Positions 27,695-37,294 of a DNA stretch of 64,000 nucleotides are shown piece after piece. Every line of letters starts with the position of its first letter. Within the stretch, counting starts at the first letter, position 1. The notes beneath the pieces were generated by a model, which saw only the letters and a program-made list of their open reading frames with translations, had not been told where the DNA came from and ran no database searches. This stretch comes from an uncultured virus (IMG/VR IMGVR_UViG_3300048589_001558) (taxonomy: Duplodnaviria > Heunggongvirae > Uroviricota > Caudoviricetes), in the IMG/VR virus record IMGVR_UViG_3300048589_001558. One strand, written 5' to 3'. The translations under genes were made by a program, and so were the position numbers.

Positions 27695-28888
27695 CTACAC
27701 CCGCGTCGGCATCAGCACGCCGAACCAGCCGCGCTGCGCGCCAACGACAAGCACCGGGCTCGTCGCATCGGCGATCCTCATGGTGATGTAGCCCCCGGCC
27801 GGACAGGCATCGGCCACCATCTCCCTGAGATAGGTGGAATTGAAGCCGACTGTCAGCGGCTCGCCCTCGTAGTCGCAGATGATATCGCTCCATGAAGTCC
27901 CGGCATCAGGTGCGATGCAGGACATCACCGTCTTGTCGGCCGCGAACGAAACGCGCACCGCCTTGCCCCGGACGTCCGTGATCGCTGTCACCGCCCGGAT
28001 CGCCTCGTCAAGACGCTTTGCCAGAAACTCCGCGGTGTTGCTGTTGCCGCTCGGCACGACGCGGGCATAGTCCGGGAACGTCCCGTCGATCAGCTTTGTC
28101 CGCACGTCGATGTCGTTCCACGAGAGCATGACCTGGCTGGACGAAAGTTTCACCTTCACCTGCTTTGGGCAGGTCTTTCCCTTGAGCAGCTTGTGCAGCA
28201 CGTCGACGGCACCACGCGGGATGATCACGCCCGGTATGCCCTCGGACCCCTTCGGCGCCTCCATCTCCTGGCAATAAAGCCGGTGCCCGTCCGTCGCGAC
28301 GGCGCGCATCACATTCGCGTCGTCATCGCGCCGGAACAGGAACACGCCGTTGAGATAGTAGCGCGTCTCCTCGGTCGAGATCGCCTTGCGCACGGCATCG
28401 ATGGCGTTCCACAGCACCGAACCGGGCAGCGTGAACTTCCACGTCTCCCCGGACATGGCGTCGAGTTCGGGATATTCATCAGGAGAGATGGAATTGACGG
28501 TGTATCCGGTTTTGCCGGCGGTGATCCGCGACTGGACGCTTTCGAACCGGTTGCCGCCCGATTCCTCGCCTCCGGCCGGCAGCATGGCGATGGTCAGGCG
28601 CTCCGACTTCTGCGCGTTCCGGCAGATCGACTGCAGAAGGGACGCCGGCAGCGTGGTCGACAGCCGGCCATCGACGTCACCTTGCACCCGGACACGGATC
28701 TCCATGTCGAGATTGAACGCGGTGAGCTTGAGCGCCCCGGCTTCGGCCGCCAGCAGGACGTTCGAAAGGATCGGTATGGTGCTGTGCTTCTCGACGGCGA
28801 GAATGGCGGTGTCGATCGCCGCCGTGAAGGCAGCTCGATCGAGGATGGCCGTAGGATTTTCGGCCGGCGCGATAGGCTGGTGGTTCAT
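27695..28888 (-). CDS. dnaN: DNA polymerase III beta sliding clamp homolog
   Basis: TIPILSNVLL, AISTEETRYYLNGV, VATDGHRL, KLIDGTFPDYARV, GFNSTYL, VLMPTRV. Confidence 0.95.
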   Translation of the reverse strand: MNHQPIAPAENPTAILDRAAFTAAIDTAILAVEKHSTIPILSNVLLAAEAGALKLTAFNLDMEIRVRVQGDVDGRLSTTLPASLLQSICRNAQKSERLTIAMLPAGGEESGGNRFESVQSRITAGKTGYTVNSISPDEYPELDAMSGETWKFTLPGSVLWNAIDAVRKAISTEETRYYLNGVFLFRRDDDANVMRAVATDGHRLYCQEMEAPKGSEGIPGVIIPRGAVDVLHKLLKGKTCPKQVKVKLSSSQVMLSWNDIDVRTKLIDGTFPDYARVVPSGNSNTAEFLAKRLDEAIRAVTAITDVRGKAVRVSFAADKTVMSCIAPDAGTSWSDIICDYEGEPLTVGFNSTYLREMVADACPAGGYITMRIADATSPVLVVGAQRGWFGVLMPTRV

Positions 28889-28954
28889 GTTGTTCTCCAG
28901 GTGCATGATTGCGGGAAAGAGAAGGCCCGCCGCTCGGAAGCGACGGGTGGATCG

Positions 28955-29197
28955 TTAGCTGAGTGCCTTCCAGTGGGTGACAGCCCAGCGTTTGGCCTTC
29001 AAGTCGATGTACGACGCAGGCACACCAGCCCACCAGCGATCTCGGACCCGCCACGCGACTACCGGGAAGTGGTAGATGGCGGCGTCCTCGTCCGATACCC
29101 AGGCGAGGACGTGCTCATGCTCCGCTGGCAAGGCGTCGGCGACGGCCTTTGCGTCGGGAGGCAGCCGTTCTAACTGCCAACTGGCAGCGCCCATCAC
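28955..29197 (-). CDS. Hypothetical protein (DUF551-like pattern)
   Basis: LP.EHEHVLAW...VTHWKAL. Confidence 0.55.
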   Translation of the reverse strand: MMGAASWQLERLPPDAKAVADALPAEHEHVLAWVSDEDAAIYHFPVVAWRVRDRWWAGVPASYIDLKAKRWAVTHWKALS

Positions 29198-30993
29198 GCC
29201 ACCTTCTTGATCTTGTAGCCCTTGAGACGCAGCGCCCCCGGCAACCAGCCAGACTTGCGTGCCGCCTCGGCCGCCTCCCTAGCCATGTCCGCCTTCTTCG
29301 GCTTGATCGCCGCGTGGCCGGTCATCTCCCTCATGGCGGCGTCGATCATCGGCTTGGTGCAGGCGGTGAAGTATGCGTCCGGGTCGAACGCCCCGACCGG
29401 CTTCGCGTCGAACAGGGCGAGGTGTTCAAGCCTCGCCTCGTCGCGTTTATCGCCGTGGCTGTAATCGAAGTCCTTGGTCAGCCATTTCTCGGAGAGGTCG
29501 AGCGTCGACGCGAACACGCCGGCAACGGCGGCGACCAGTTCCTCCGGCGTCATCTTGGCATAGGCCGTCACCGCCGCCTTGATGGTGCGTTCCTTGTTTT
29601 CGGGCTTGGCGCCGTAGTTCATGTCGATCCGCTCGACCTTGAGCCTCGACGGACGGCTTCCGGACCGGTTCTCGTGCTGCTCGAGCATCGCGGCGATAAG
29701 AGCCAGCGTCTTGTGAGGATCAGCGATCGCCGCCGTCTTGAACGCCGCCGTGGCCGTGTCGCCGATCAGATCGCGGAGAGGCTGCGTCAGTGCGAGCGGG
29801 TCTTTCTCCTTGGCTGCAGCACCGGACGATGCACTGCCGGCTATGCCTGCTTTCTTCTCCTGGCCCGGCCGCAGCACGCCGACCTTCCATCGGAACTCGT
29901 TCTCATCGAAGACGACGCCGGCGAGCTTCTTCTGCTCCTCCGTATAGGTGCCCGACTTCGAATCCAGTTCCTCGTATTCGGCCGCGAGCTTGTCCATCTC
30001 GTCGTCCTGCCAGGATTCGGGATCGTAGCCCTCAAGCTGTTCGGACAGTTCCTCCATCCGGGCATATTCCTCCTCGGTCAGGGCGTCGCCTGCCGGTTCG
30101 AGGATTCTGGCCTGATACAGACCGTACAGTCCAAGCTCCTCCGTGGTGGCGAAGAAGGACCAGCCGTCGGCAAGAGCGTCGGCCTTGATCTGCTCGATCT
30201 TTTCGGCCTTCAGCCTTTCGATAAGGTCGGCGCTGATCCACTGGCTGTCGCTGCCGAACAGGTCCTCGGCGATCTGGCCGTCCGCGGCGGCATAGGCTTC
30301 CTCGCCGATGAAGCTGGCGAGCTTTCCGTCAGCACGGATGCCACCGCCACGCATGGCGCTCTTGATGTCGTGGACGTTGCGGCGGCTCCATTGACCGGCT
30401 TCGCGGAAGAATGTCGCCTGCGCCTCCTGATCGAGATTGAGGGTGTAGGCGGCGACGGCCTCGAGGGTGAGGTCGCCCCGCTCGAACGCGGCGAGGATCT
30501 CGGGATGCACATTGCCGAGCGCCAGCCTGCCTTTCACGAAGCGCTCCGACTGGCCGAAGCGCAGCGCGATCTCGGCCACGCTCATGCCCTGGTCGGCCAG
30601 TTCCTTGAAGGCGCGGAACTCGTCGGCGGGCTCCATCTGCCGTCGGATGATGTTCTCCGTCAGCGACATCTCTGACGCCTGCCGGTCATCAACCTCGCGG
30701 ACGATGATCGGTACGGCGAAGTCCAGATCGATCGTCTTCTCGGCGGCCAGTTCCATAAGAGCGCGCAGCCGGCGGCCGCCGGCGAACACACGGTAGAGCT
30801 GCCCGCCGAGATCGGCATCCTCCGCCAGCGGCGGCCGGACGGCGAGCGGCTGGATGACGCCCTGTGCCAGGATCGAGGCTTTCATGCTGGCGATGCTGTC
30901 GTTGTCGTATTTCCTGCGGACGTTCGCCTCATCCCGGATCAACCGGGATAGCGGCACCGACATTTGCTGCGGTTGCTGCGTTGTGACATCCAT
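29194..30993 (-). CDS. parB: Long ParB/RepB/Spo0J-family protein, no ParA partner in window
   Basis: NVRR, GVIQPLAVRP, AGGRRLRAL, SLTENIIR, HTH IALRFGQSERFVKGRLAL; AGGAG SD before 30993. Confidence 0.9.
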   Translation of the reverse strand: MDVTTQQPQQMSVPLSRLIRDEANVRRKYDNDSIASMKASILAQGVIQPLAVRPPLAEDADLGGQLYRVFAGGRRLRALMELAAEKTIDLDFAVPIIVREVDDRQASEMSLTENIIRRQMEPADEFRAFKELADQGMSVAEIALRFGQSERFVKGRLALGNVHPEILAAFERGDLTLEAVAAYTLNLDQEAQATFFREAGQWSRRNVHDIKSAMRGGGIRADGKLASFIGEEAYAAADGQIAEDLFGSDSQWISADLIERLKAEKIEQIKADALADGWSFFATTEELGLYGLYQARILEPAGDALTEEEYARMEELSEQLEGYDPESWQDDEMDKLAAEYEELDSKSGTYTEEQKKLAGVVFDENEFRWKVGVLRPGQEKKAGIAGSASSGAAAKEKDPLALTQPLRDLIGDTATAAFKTAAIADPHKTLALIAAMLEQHENRSGSRPSRLKVERIDMNYGAKPENKERTIKAAVTAYAKMTPEELVAAVAGVFASTLDLSEKWLTKDFDYSHGDKRDEARLEHLALFDAKPVGAFDPDAYFTACTKPMIDAAMREMTGHAAIKPKKADMAREAAEAARKSGWLPGALRLKGYKIKKVA

Positions 30994-31035
30994 GCGTAGA
31001 GTCTCCTGTGGTTGCATGGTTGCGGGGTGATTCTC

Positions 31036-31347
31036 ATGACTCTGTGGGCAGACAATATCGGCAGCGGGAATCTTGGGGCTGCCGTGGCGGCGGCACTTGT
31101 CGAGGACATTCGGAGAAATAGAACGGGACTGGATGGCTTCCCGCGGATAGCCGTTGAGCGGCCCAGCCAAGACGAATTCCTCATCGGGCTGATAGCGGAC
31201 GACATTGCCGCGGAGACTTTCTCCCTCACAACGGCGGAGGCAAAGGCTGCTATCGATTCGATGAAGGCGTCGGCGCCCCCGCCCAGGTCGGTTTTCGAGA
31301 AGGCGCAGAATGCGCTCGCCCGACTTGAGATTGCTGTTCGCGGCTAG
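31036..31347 (+). CDS. Counter-oriented hypothetical protein
   Basis: Fills gap between parB and ATPase; protein-like composition, GGGGTGA SD-like sequence. Confidence 0.55.
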   Translation: MTLWADNIGSGNLGAAVAAALVEDIRRNRTGLDGFPRIAVERPSQDEFLIGLIADDIAAETFSLTTAEAKAAIDSMKASAPPPRSVFEKAQNALARLEIAVRG

Positions 31348-31370
31348 CATTTCGCTTTGCGCCAAGGTCT

Positions 31371-33317
31371 TCAGCCGGCCTTGCCAGTCTTGAAGGAGAG
31401 GCCCATGCGGCTGGCGACGGCGGCGACGTTTGGATATGGCCGGCCGATGCGCTTTGCGACGTCGATCAGACGCTCGCCACGCTCGCAGGCTTCGGTCAGC
31501 ATCTCATACTCCTTGTCGGTCCACGCGATGCGCTGCTTAAATCCGAGGTTGCTTGCCTTCGTTCGGATGGCGGCTTCCATCTTGCCAAGCTCGGCGGCGA
31601 TCACCTTGACCGGCGTCTTTGCCTCGTAGAGCACGCGCAATCGCTCGATCTGTTCCGGGGTCCATGGGTCGGGAGCCCGGTTGAAGTTGTGCTTCTGCGC
31701 AAACTTGAAGATTGCCGTGATGCCGCGGTGAAAACCCGCGTCACGAAGGTCTTGCAGAACCTCCCGATGGGGCTTGCCGGCTTCCAACCCGGCAATGGCA
31801 ATCTCTTTCTCCGGCTCGGTCCAGTAGTTCACACGGTCGCGTGTGATGCCGAGAGCGATCGCCCGCATCTGGACGGATACACGGCCACGGTCGTAGCCGG
31901 CATCGCTGAGCAATTGCACGATGTCCATGATGCGGACCTCGCGCTCATAGGCGTCCGTGATGATCTGGTCTTCTTCGTCGGACCATTGGACTGCCGCCCG
32001 TGTGCTGGTGTAGCCAAGGTCGCGAGCACGGCTGGAGATGCCGCTCACCGCGCGCCTCCGAAAACCAGCATCGACGAGCTTTTGCTGGATTTCGCGCACC
32101 TGCAGGTTGGACTTGTAGCCGGCTTCAACTATGGCGTCCTCACCGACGGCCCACCCGCGCCCTCGCTTGCCGTGCTCACGGCGGTCCTCGGCGTCCAACG
32201 GCTTAACGTCCGGCACCTGGCTCAGCAACGCAGCCGCCTCGGCAGCCGAGATCGGAGGGGGCGCCACGACGACGGGCGCTGCGCCCTTATGCCGTGAGAC
32301 CACCGGGCCGGCCTTGAACCGGATGCGCCGGGGACCGGCGATGGCCGGGCCGATAGCTAGGAACTCACCGTCCGCCAACGTGCGCAGCGCCCTGCTATGG
32401 CCAAGCGTGAATCCGAGGAGTGTGCCGGCGCGCTCAAGATCGCGATCGAAGATGGTACGGCCGACGACGACGTTGGTCGCCTTCGCGACCACGGCCTTTG
32501 CCGTCTCCGCTATCCGCTGGGTGGCGATGATACCCGCGATGCCCCGCTTGCGACCGCGGCCCATGAGATCGGAAAGCGTAGCCGTGCACCGCTTGCGGGT
32601 ATCGGCCGTCACGTCGCCGGTGTCGTAGTGAGCGGCGAGCGTCTGCGCCTCGTCGATCAGCACGAGCAGTGGATGCCAATGTTGCTCCGGTGAATCGACC
32701 AGTCCCTCGGCAAGGTCGGACACGATCTCCAAGCGTTCCTCCGACGTGGCATCGGACAAGTCAAGAACGGCGCTGTAGCGATGCTCGCGCAAATGATGAG
32801 CGAAGGTGCTGCCCCCGATACGCCGGACATTGGCCGCCGTCAGGACAGCAACGTCGAAGTGTTCTTTCAGGGTGGAGAACTCTCCGTCCGGGTCGATGAG
32901 GAGCTGCTGCACGCGCCCGAACGACTGCTCGAACAGACGACGCAGCAGCATCGACTTGCCTGCACCGCTATTGCCCTGAATGAGCAAGCGGCCGTCGATC
33001 AGCTTGACGAGATCGATGCCGACTGGCTCGCCTTTCAGCGAACTGCCGATGTTGATGTCGTCGGCACCAAGAGTGCGCGCCGGCGCCGCCGGTTCCACCG
33101 CAGCGGCAAGATCAACAGGTCCGTCGTCGGTCTCCGGCTCCTCCGGGGTCTTGATCGGCGATGCCACTCCTGCCTCCTGGGCGAGGAGCTGCGCCACCTT
33201 CCGGTCTGCGGGCGACAGCTTGGCCAGATCCTCGCCGGTCGGGAAGACGATGCCGAATGTGCGCGAGATGGGCCCCTCACGCGTCTCGCGGATCAGGTGT
33301 TGCATGATGGTCTCCAT
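31371..33317 (-). CDS. HerA/DUF87-like ATPase fused to five tandem Myb/GcrA-like HTH repeats
   Basis: GNSGAGKS, IDPDGEF, LIDEAQ, GRGRKRG, ATQR; repeats begin WAVGED, WSDEED, WTEPEK, WTPEQI, WTDKEY. Confidence 0.85.
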   Translation of the reverse strand: METIMQHLIRETREGPISRTFGIVFPTGEDLAKLSPADRKVAQLLAQEAGVASPIKTPEEPETDDGPVDLAAAVEPAAPARTLGADDINIGSSLKGEPVGIDLVKLIDGRLLIQGNSGAGKSMLLRRLFEQSFGRVQQLLIDPDGEFSTLKEHFDVAVLTAANVRRIGGSTFAHHLREHRYSAVLDLSDATSEERLEIVSDLAEGLVDSPEQHWHPLLVLIDEAQTLAAHYDTGDVTADTRKRCTATLSDLMGRGRKRGIAGIIATQRIAETAKAVVAKATNVVVGRTIFDRDLERAGTLLGFTLGHSRALRTLADGEFLAIGPAIAGPRRIRFKAGPVVSRHKGAAPVVVAPPPISAAEAAALLSQVPDVKPLDAEDRREHGKRGRGWAVGEDAIVEAGYKSNLQVREIQQKLVDAGFRRRAVSGISSRARDLGYTSTRAAVQWSDEEDQIITDAYEREVRIMDIVQLLSDAGYDRGRVSVQMRAIALGITRDRVNYWTEPEKEIAIAGLEAGKPHREVLQDLRDAGFHRGITAIFKFAQKHNFNRAPDPWTPEQIERLRVLYEAKTPVKVIAAELGKMEAAIRTKASNLGFKQRIAWTDKEYEMLTEACERGERLIDVAKRIGRPYPNVAAVASRMGLSFKTGKAG

Positions 33318-33318
33318 G

Positions 33319-33606
33319 TCATGGTTGACGGGTGAGGTAGGCGGGCGGCACGAAGGGCTCGATCACCAGCGCGAAGACGCCGGTTTCCATATCGATGGTG
33401 TTGAGACTGATCTTCCGGAGTCGGCGGGCCGCGAGGCCGCAATGCTCACTGTGCAAGCGGACGAGGCCGGCCTTCACATCCTTGACGACGTTCAAGGTCA
33501 GCGCGCCGCCGTAGAAGGCACCGACATATTGCTGAACATCGGCGATGTACGCCGCATGCTCGTTGTCGTCGATCTCGCGCAGGATGGCCTCGCCGATGCT
33601 GATCAT
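33319..33606 (-). CDS. Hypothetical protein
   Basis: ATGA-coupled to vWA gene; start MISIGE. Confidence 0.6.
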   Translation of the reverse strand: MISIGEAILREIDDNEHAAYIADVQQYVGAFYGGALTLNVVKDVKAGLVRLHSEHCGLAARRLRKISLNTIDMETGVFALVIEPFVPPAYLTRQP

Positions 33607-34820
33607 GCGGCGATGCTCACGCATTCGCCCCACGGCGCCATTGCCGCGCGCTGCTTGTACTCACGGCTGTCGCCGTGGATCGCCCACAGCACCGGCGCCA
33701 TCGGCTCGTCACCGAAATCGCAGGTCAGCATGTCGGTAAAGTAGATGATCGCCGACGCATCCGGCGCATTCCGCTCGATCCACTCGAATGCCGGGCGGAA
33801 GTCTGTGCCGCCGCCGCCCTCCGGGCGAAGGGCGAGAATGTCGCCGGCCTCAAATTCCTCGATGCGCTGGACTGCGGCGTCGGCATAGACCACGGTCACC
33901 TTGTCGATGTTGCCGTCGCCAAACGCGCCGTTCAGCTCCGAGGCGAAGGCAATGCGAGCCTTGTCGGTATCGAGCGAGCCGGAGGTGTCATCTACAACGA
34001 CGAGATGGTTGATGCCGTCCGACTGCAGGCCGGGGAGGATGAGACCACGGGACAGGAGGCGGCGGTTCGGCCGAGTCCATGTGTAATCCTTCCGGGAGCT
34101 GTCATCGATGAAGCGCCGGAGCACCTGACGCCAATCAACGACAGGCTCCACCAGCCTGTCGATGAGGCGCTGCACGCCGGCCGGCAGCGTCCCGGCGTTC
34201 GCGCCGCGCGCCATGGCGGCCGCCTGCCGTATCTGCCGCTGGACGTCCGCTCTCGCCTCGGCGATTGCCGTCACGTCGTGCGGGTTACAGGCATCGATGA
34301 CGCCACCGCAGCCGCCCGGATCGGAGCCCTGCCCCGCGCCGGAGGCAGCGCCGCCCTGCTGGCCGCCGCCGCCCTTCTGCTCGTCTTCCTCCAGAAGCCG
34401 GTAGATTTCCTCGGCCGACAGACCTGTGAAGCGGTCGGAGATCAGGCCGTCCTTCGGCATCGTCCAGCCGGCGTAGCGCTTCTCCCGCTGCATGGCCTTC
34501 TCGTACTCGACGAGCTCGCCGTTGATGGCGTAGTCGGCGGCCTCGTTCCACCGGCCCGGATCGCGGGCCTGTCGACGGATGTGGTGTTCGAGCGCGTTGT
34601 GCATGACCTCGTGGGCCATGACGAAGACCAATTCCTCCTTGGTCAGCCCGTTGACCCACGGCTCATTGTAGTAAAGGCGCTTGCCGTCTGTCGCCATGGT
34701 GTCGATACGAGGATCGTCGGTGGCGTCGACGAGTTCGAGCTGCACGGCGAGCGCGCCGAAAAACGGATGGTCCCACAGCAGCGAGGTGCGGGCGGCAAGT
34801 ATCTTGTTGGTGATGCTCAT
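33603..34820 (-). CDS. DUF2201-type metallopeptidase plus vWA domain protein
   Basis: TMATDG, AHEVMH (HExxH), DWRQVL, MIDAS DTSGS, GGGGTDF, YFTD. Confidence 0.9.
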   Translation of the reverse strand: MSITNKILAARTSLLWDHPFFGALAVQLELVDATDDPRIDTMATDGKRLYYNEPWVNGLTKEELVFVMAHEVMHNALEHHIRRQARDPGRWNEAADYAINGELVEYEKAMQREKRYAGWTMPKDGLISDRFTGLSAEEIYRLLEEDEQKGGGGQQGGAASGAGQGSDPGGCGGVIDACNPHDVTAIAEARADVQRQIRQAAAMARGANAGTLPAGVQRLIDRLVEPVVDWRQVLRRFIDDSSRKDYTWTRPNRRLLSRGLILPGLQSDGINHLVVVDDTSGSLDTDKARIAFASELNGAFGDGNIDKVTVVYADAAVQRIEEFEAGDILALRPEGGGGTDFRPAFEWIERNAPDASAIIYFTDMLTCDFGDEPMAPVLWAIHGDSREYKQRAAMAPWGECVSIAA

Positions 34821-35095
34821 GATCGGGGGTTCTCCAGCTGGAGTGAGGCGGCAGTGCATTGGGCGATGGCGACGGCGGGGAGTGCCGCGCGTAGGGCTTC
34901 GAGAGGACTGGGATCGCAGGAATACTCAAAGCCATCCCGCCAGAAGGCGGCGTCGAAGCTTCTCGTCTTCGGGTGAAACACGATGGCCAGATACTCGTTT
35001 GGGCTGGTCAACCGCTTCGGGTAGAACCGCCATTCGAGCTTGCCCTCGACGCGCTCCGGGAACCTGTATTTCTTGCGGATTTCGTCGGGGGTCAT
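34817..35095 (-). CDS. Hypothetical protein
   Basis: Start MTPDEI; coupled. Confidence 0.6.
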   Translation of the reverse strand: MTPDEIRKKYRFPERVEGKLEWRFYPKRLTSPNEYLAIVFHPKTRSFDAAFWRDGFEYSCDPSPLEALRAALPAVAIAQCTAASLQLENPRS

Positions 35096-35097
35096 GA

Positions 35098-35361
35098 CTA
35101 CCCCACAAGCGAAGAGCGTGTGCATTCGGCGATCGCCTCGGGCGGCAACAGCCTTTTCAGCTTGGCGATCTCGTGGGGAAGAAGGTGTCGCCAAGCCGCG
35201 CGATAATCTCTGCCCGTGAACTCCCGCGCAGCGGAATTATAGCGGAGCGCGAAGTCGATCTTGCGCGTCACCTTCTTGCGCCAAACCCACCGAAGCAGGT
35301 CTCCGTTGTCACGCTCGGGCCTCTCGTAGGTGCGAAGGATTTCCTCCGTAAAGATGGTCAC
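35098..35361 (-). CDS. Hypothetical protein
   Basis: GTG start overlapping upstream stop, GGAG SD. Confidence 0.55.
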   Translation of the reverse strand: MTIFTEEILRTYERPERDNGDLLRWVWRKKVTRKIDFALRYNSAAREFTGRDYRAAWRHLLPHEIAKLKRLLPPEAIAECTRSSLVG

Positions 35362-35693
35362 CGCCTCTCTCCATGCTTGAGCGCCAGACGTGTCGCCTGG
35401 GCGATATGTTCGGGTTTGAGCTGGGCCCGCAGCAGCGGGCCGATGCGGGAGACGTTGATCTCGGCCGACTCGTAGGCCGGGAACAGACCGGGGGTCATGA
35501 GCTTGTCGTCGCCGGGCTTGGGCGAGCAGCGGAAGGTCTTGAATTTCCGGGTGCGGGCGTCGAACCAGAGGGTCCAGCGGCAGAACTCGCCGTTCTCGCG
35601 GATGCCGGTGAAGGACCATGCAATGCCATGGCCCTTCACCTTGGTCTTGAGCGGGCCGAACACCTTCCGGATGCGGGGAAGCGCGGGAGCCAT
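35358..35693 (-). CDS. Hypothetical protein
   Basis: Start MAPALP just after upstream stop. Confidence 0.6.
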   Translation of the reverse strand: MAPALPRIRKVFGPLKTKVKGHGIAWSFTGIRENGEFCRWTLWFDARTRKFKTFRCSPKPGDDKLMTPGLFPAYESAEINVSRIGPLLRAQLKPEHIAQATRLALKHGERR

Positions 35694-35694
35694 G

Positions 35695-36018
35695 TTATCG
35701 CGCCGCCTTGATCGCGAGCCGGGTGGCAAGGGCGACACCGCCCTTGCCGATCCGTGGCTTGAGGATGTCGAGATAGGTCGGCCCGTGCAGCATCGGCCTG
35801 TCCGGGACGAAGGCGTCGGGATGGACGACCTCAACGCCTGTTGCCCACCCCGTCATCGGGAAATTCACCAACTTCCACGTGCGCTCCTTGACGGCAAAGC
35901 GCACAGCCCATCGGCCCGTCGTGTCATCCTCGCGGATGCCGAAGAAGTGCCAGTCGATGCAGCCCGGTTCGACGAACGGGCCGAACGGTCCATAGAGGGC
36001 GCGGAGGAAGACGGTCAT
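35695..36018 (-). CDS. Hypothetical protein
   Basis: Directly follows AAA ATPase. Confidence 0.6.
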   Translation of the reverse strand: MTVFLRALYGPFGPFVEPGCIDWHFFGIREDDTTGRWAVRFAVKERTWKLVNFPMTGWATGVEVVHPDAFVPDRPMLHGPTYLDILKPRIGKGGVALATRLAIKAAR

Positions 36019-36019
36019 G

Positions 36020-37051
36020 TCAGTGGATCGTCACATCCTGATTGTCGACCGCCCACTGCACGAATGCGTTGGTGTGCGACAGCGCCGGGTCACGGCGCAC
36101 GGCGTCCACGACGCACATGATCTCGAACTCGCGCACCTGAAGTCGCTTCAGGTACCTGATGCCGTTCTCCAGCGTCCGGTCCGTCACCTTGCGGGCCAGC
36201 CCCGCAGCGATCGCGAACCGGGCGGCCGGCTCGGTCGGCAACGGCGCGCTGTTCGGGTTGGCGAGCACGAGGTCGAGCGACGGCAGGCTCTTGTAGACGC
36301 GGATGAAGCCGTCGAGCTCGGCGGCCCCGCCCTGCCCCACCACGCCCGACAGCAGGAACATGCGCCTCGTGTCCGGCGCATCGATGTAGGGTTCGGCATC
36401 CTCCCACGAGCGAGGCGTCGGGAAGGCGCGGAGATCGGACCCGGACATGTCGTGCAGCAAGCCCTCGCGGAACCGCAGGAAGGCCAGCAGGATCGGGTTC
36501 AGGTCCTTCTTGGCGAAGTGCCTGGTCACCGACGGGACGGTCGGCATGATCTCGATATGGGCGAGACGGTTGGCGAGCGCGCTCGGCATGCGCTGCGCGG
36601 CCGCACGATCCGACTGCCGATTGCCGGCGCCCATGATGTAGACGCCCTTCTTCAGCCGGTGTTCCCCGACACGCCGCTCCTGGATGAGCTGCATGGCGAC
36701 GACCTGCATGGCTGGCGAGCCGGTGTTCATCTCGTCCATGAAGACGATGGTGTCCTCCGGAAAATCGGAACCCTCGAACGGCAAGTCGCTCGGCCGGAGC
36801 CAGCGCGTGACGTTCTTCTCGAGGTCGGGCATGGGCAGGCCGCGGGCATCGACCGGCTCGCGCAGATTGGTGCGCCAGTCGAGCACGGGGCGCTTGAGCT
36901 GCTCGCCCAACTGATATGCGCCCTGCGTCTTGCCGATGCCGGGAGGGCCCCACCAGAAGACCGGCTTGTTGTTGCGCATGTAGTCGAGGGTGAGGTCGAC
37001 GGCCATGGTGAGGTCGACGACTGGATGGGTGGTGTTCACGGCGTTCGCCAT
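36020..37051 (-). CDS. MoxR-like AAA+ ATPase
   Basis: WGPPGIGKT, DARGLP, FMDEMN, GAGNR, ALANRL, FPTPRSW. Confidence 0.92.
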   Translation of the reverse strand: MANAVNTTHPVVDLTMAVDLTLDYMRNNKPVFWWGPPGIGKTQGAYQLGEQLKRPVLDWRTNLREPVDARGLPMPDLEKNVTRWLRPSDLPFEGSDFPEDTIVFMDEMNTGSPAMQVVAMQLIQERRVGEHRLKKGVYIMGAGNRQSDRAAAQRMPSALANRLAHIEIMPTVPSVTRHFAKKDLNPILLAFLRFREGLLHDMSGSDLRAFPTPRSWEDAEPYIDAPDTRRMFLLSGVVGQGGAAELDGFIRVYKSLPSLDLVLANPNSAPLPTEPAARFAIAAGLARKVTDRTLENGIRYLKRLQVREFEIMCVVDAVRRDPALSHTNAFVQWAVDNQDVTIH

Positions 37052-37105
37052 GGTGATCTCTCCGTTCGCATGGTTGCGGGGATGGCGGCGCCGAAGCGCC
37101 GCCGG

Positions 37106-37294
37106 TCAGCCGAGCGGGGCGACCCGAAACTCATATTCGGGATTGTCGGCCGCGTTCTCGGCTATGAAGTTCTCGGCCTTCTCTTTGGTTTCGAACCTCG
37201 CGGCGTGGATGCGCAGCGGGTTCAACCCTCCGGTCGAGGTGAGGAAGGCGTAGCGTTTCGTCCCGACCTCGCGGCACTTCACCGCCCAACTCAC
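37106..37294 (-). CDS. Small hypothetical protein
   Basis: GGAGG SD, GTGA overlap. Confidence 0.65.
   Translation of the reverse strand: MSWAVKCREVGTKRYAFLTSTGGLNPLRIHAARFETKEKAENFIAENAADNPEYEFRVAPLG

Noticed and set aside
30994..31365. N-terminal extension of ParB (723-aa ORF)
   Set aside because: Strong SD at the 30993 start; the extension is antisense to the more plausible 31036-31347 ORF
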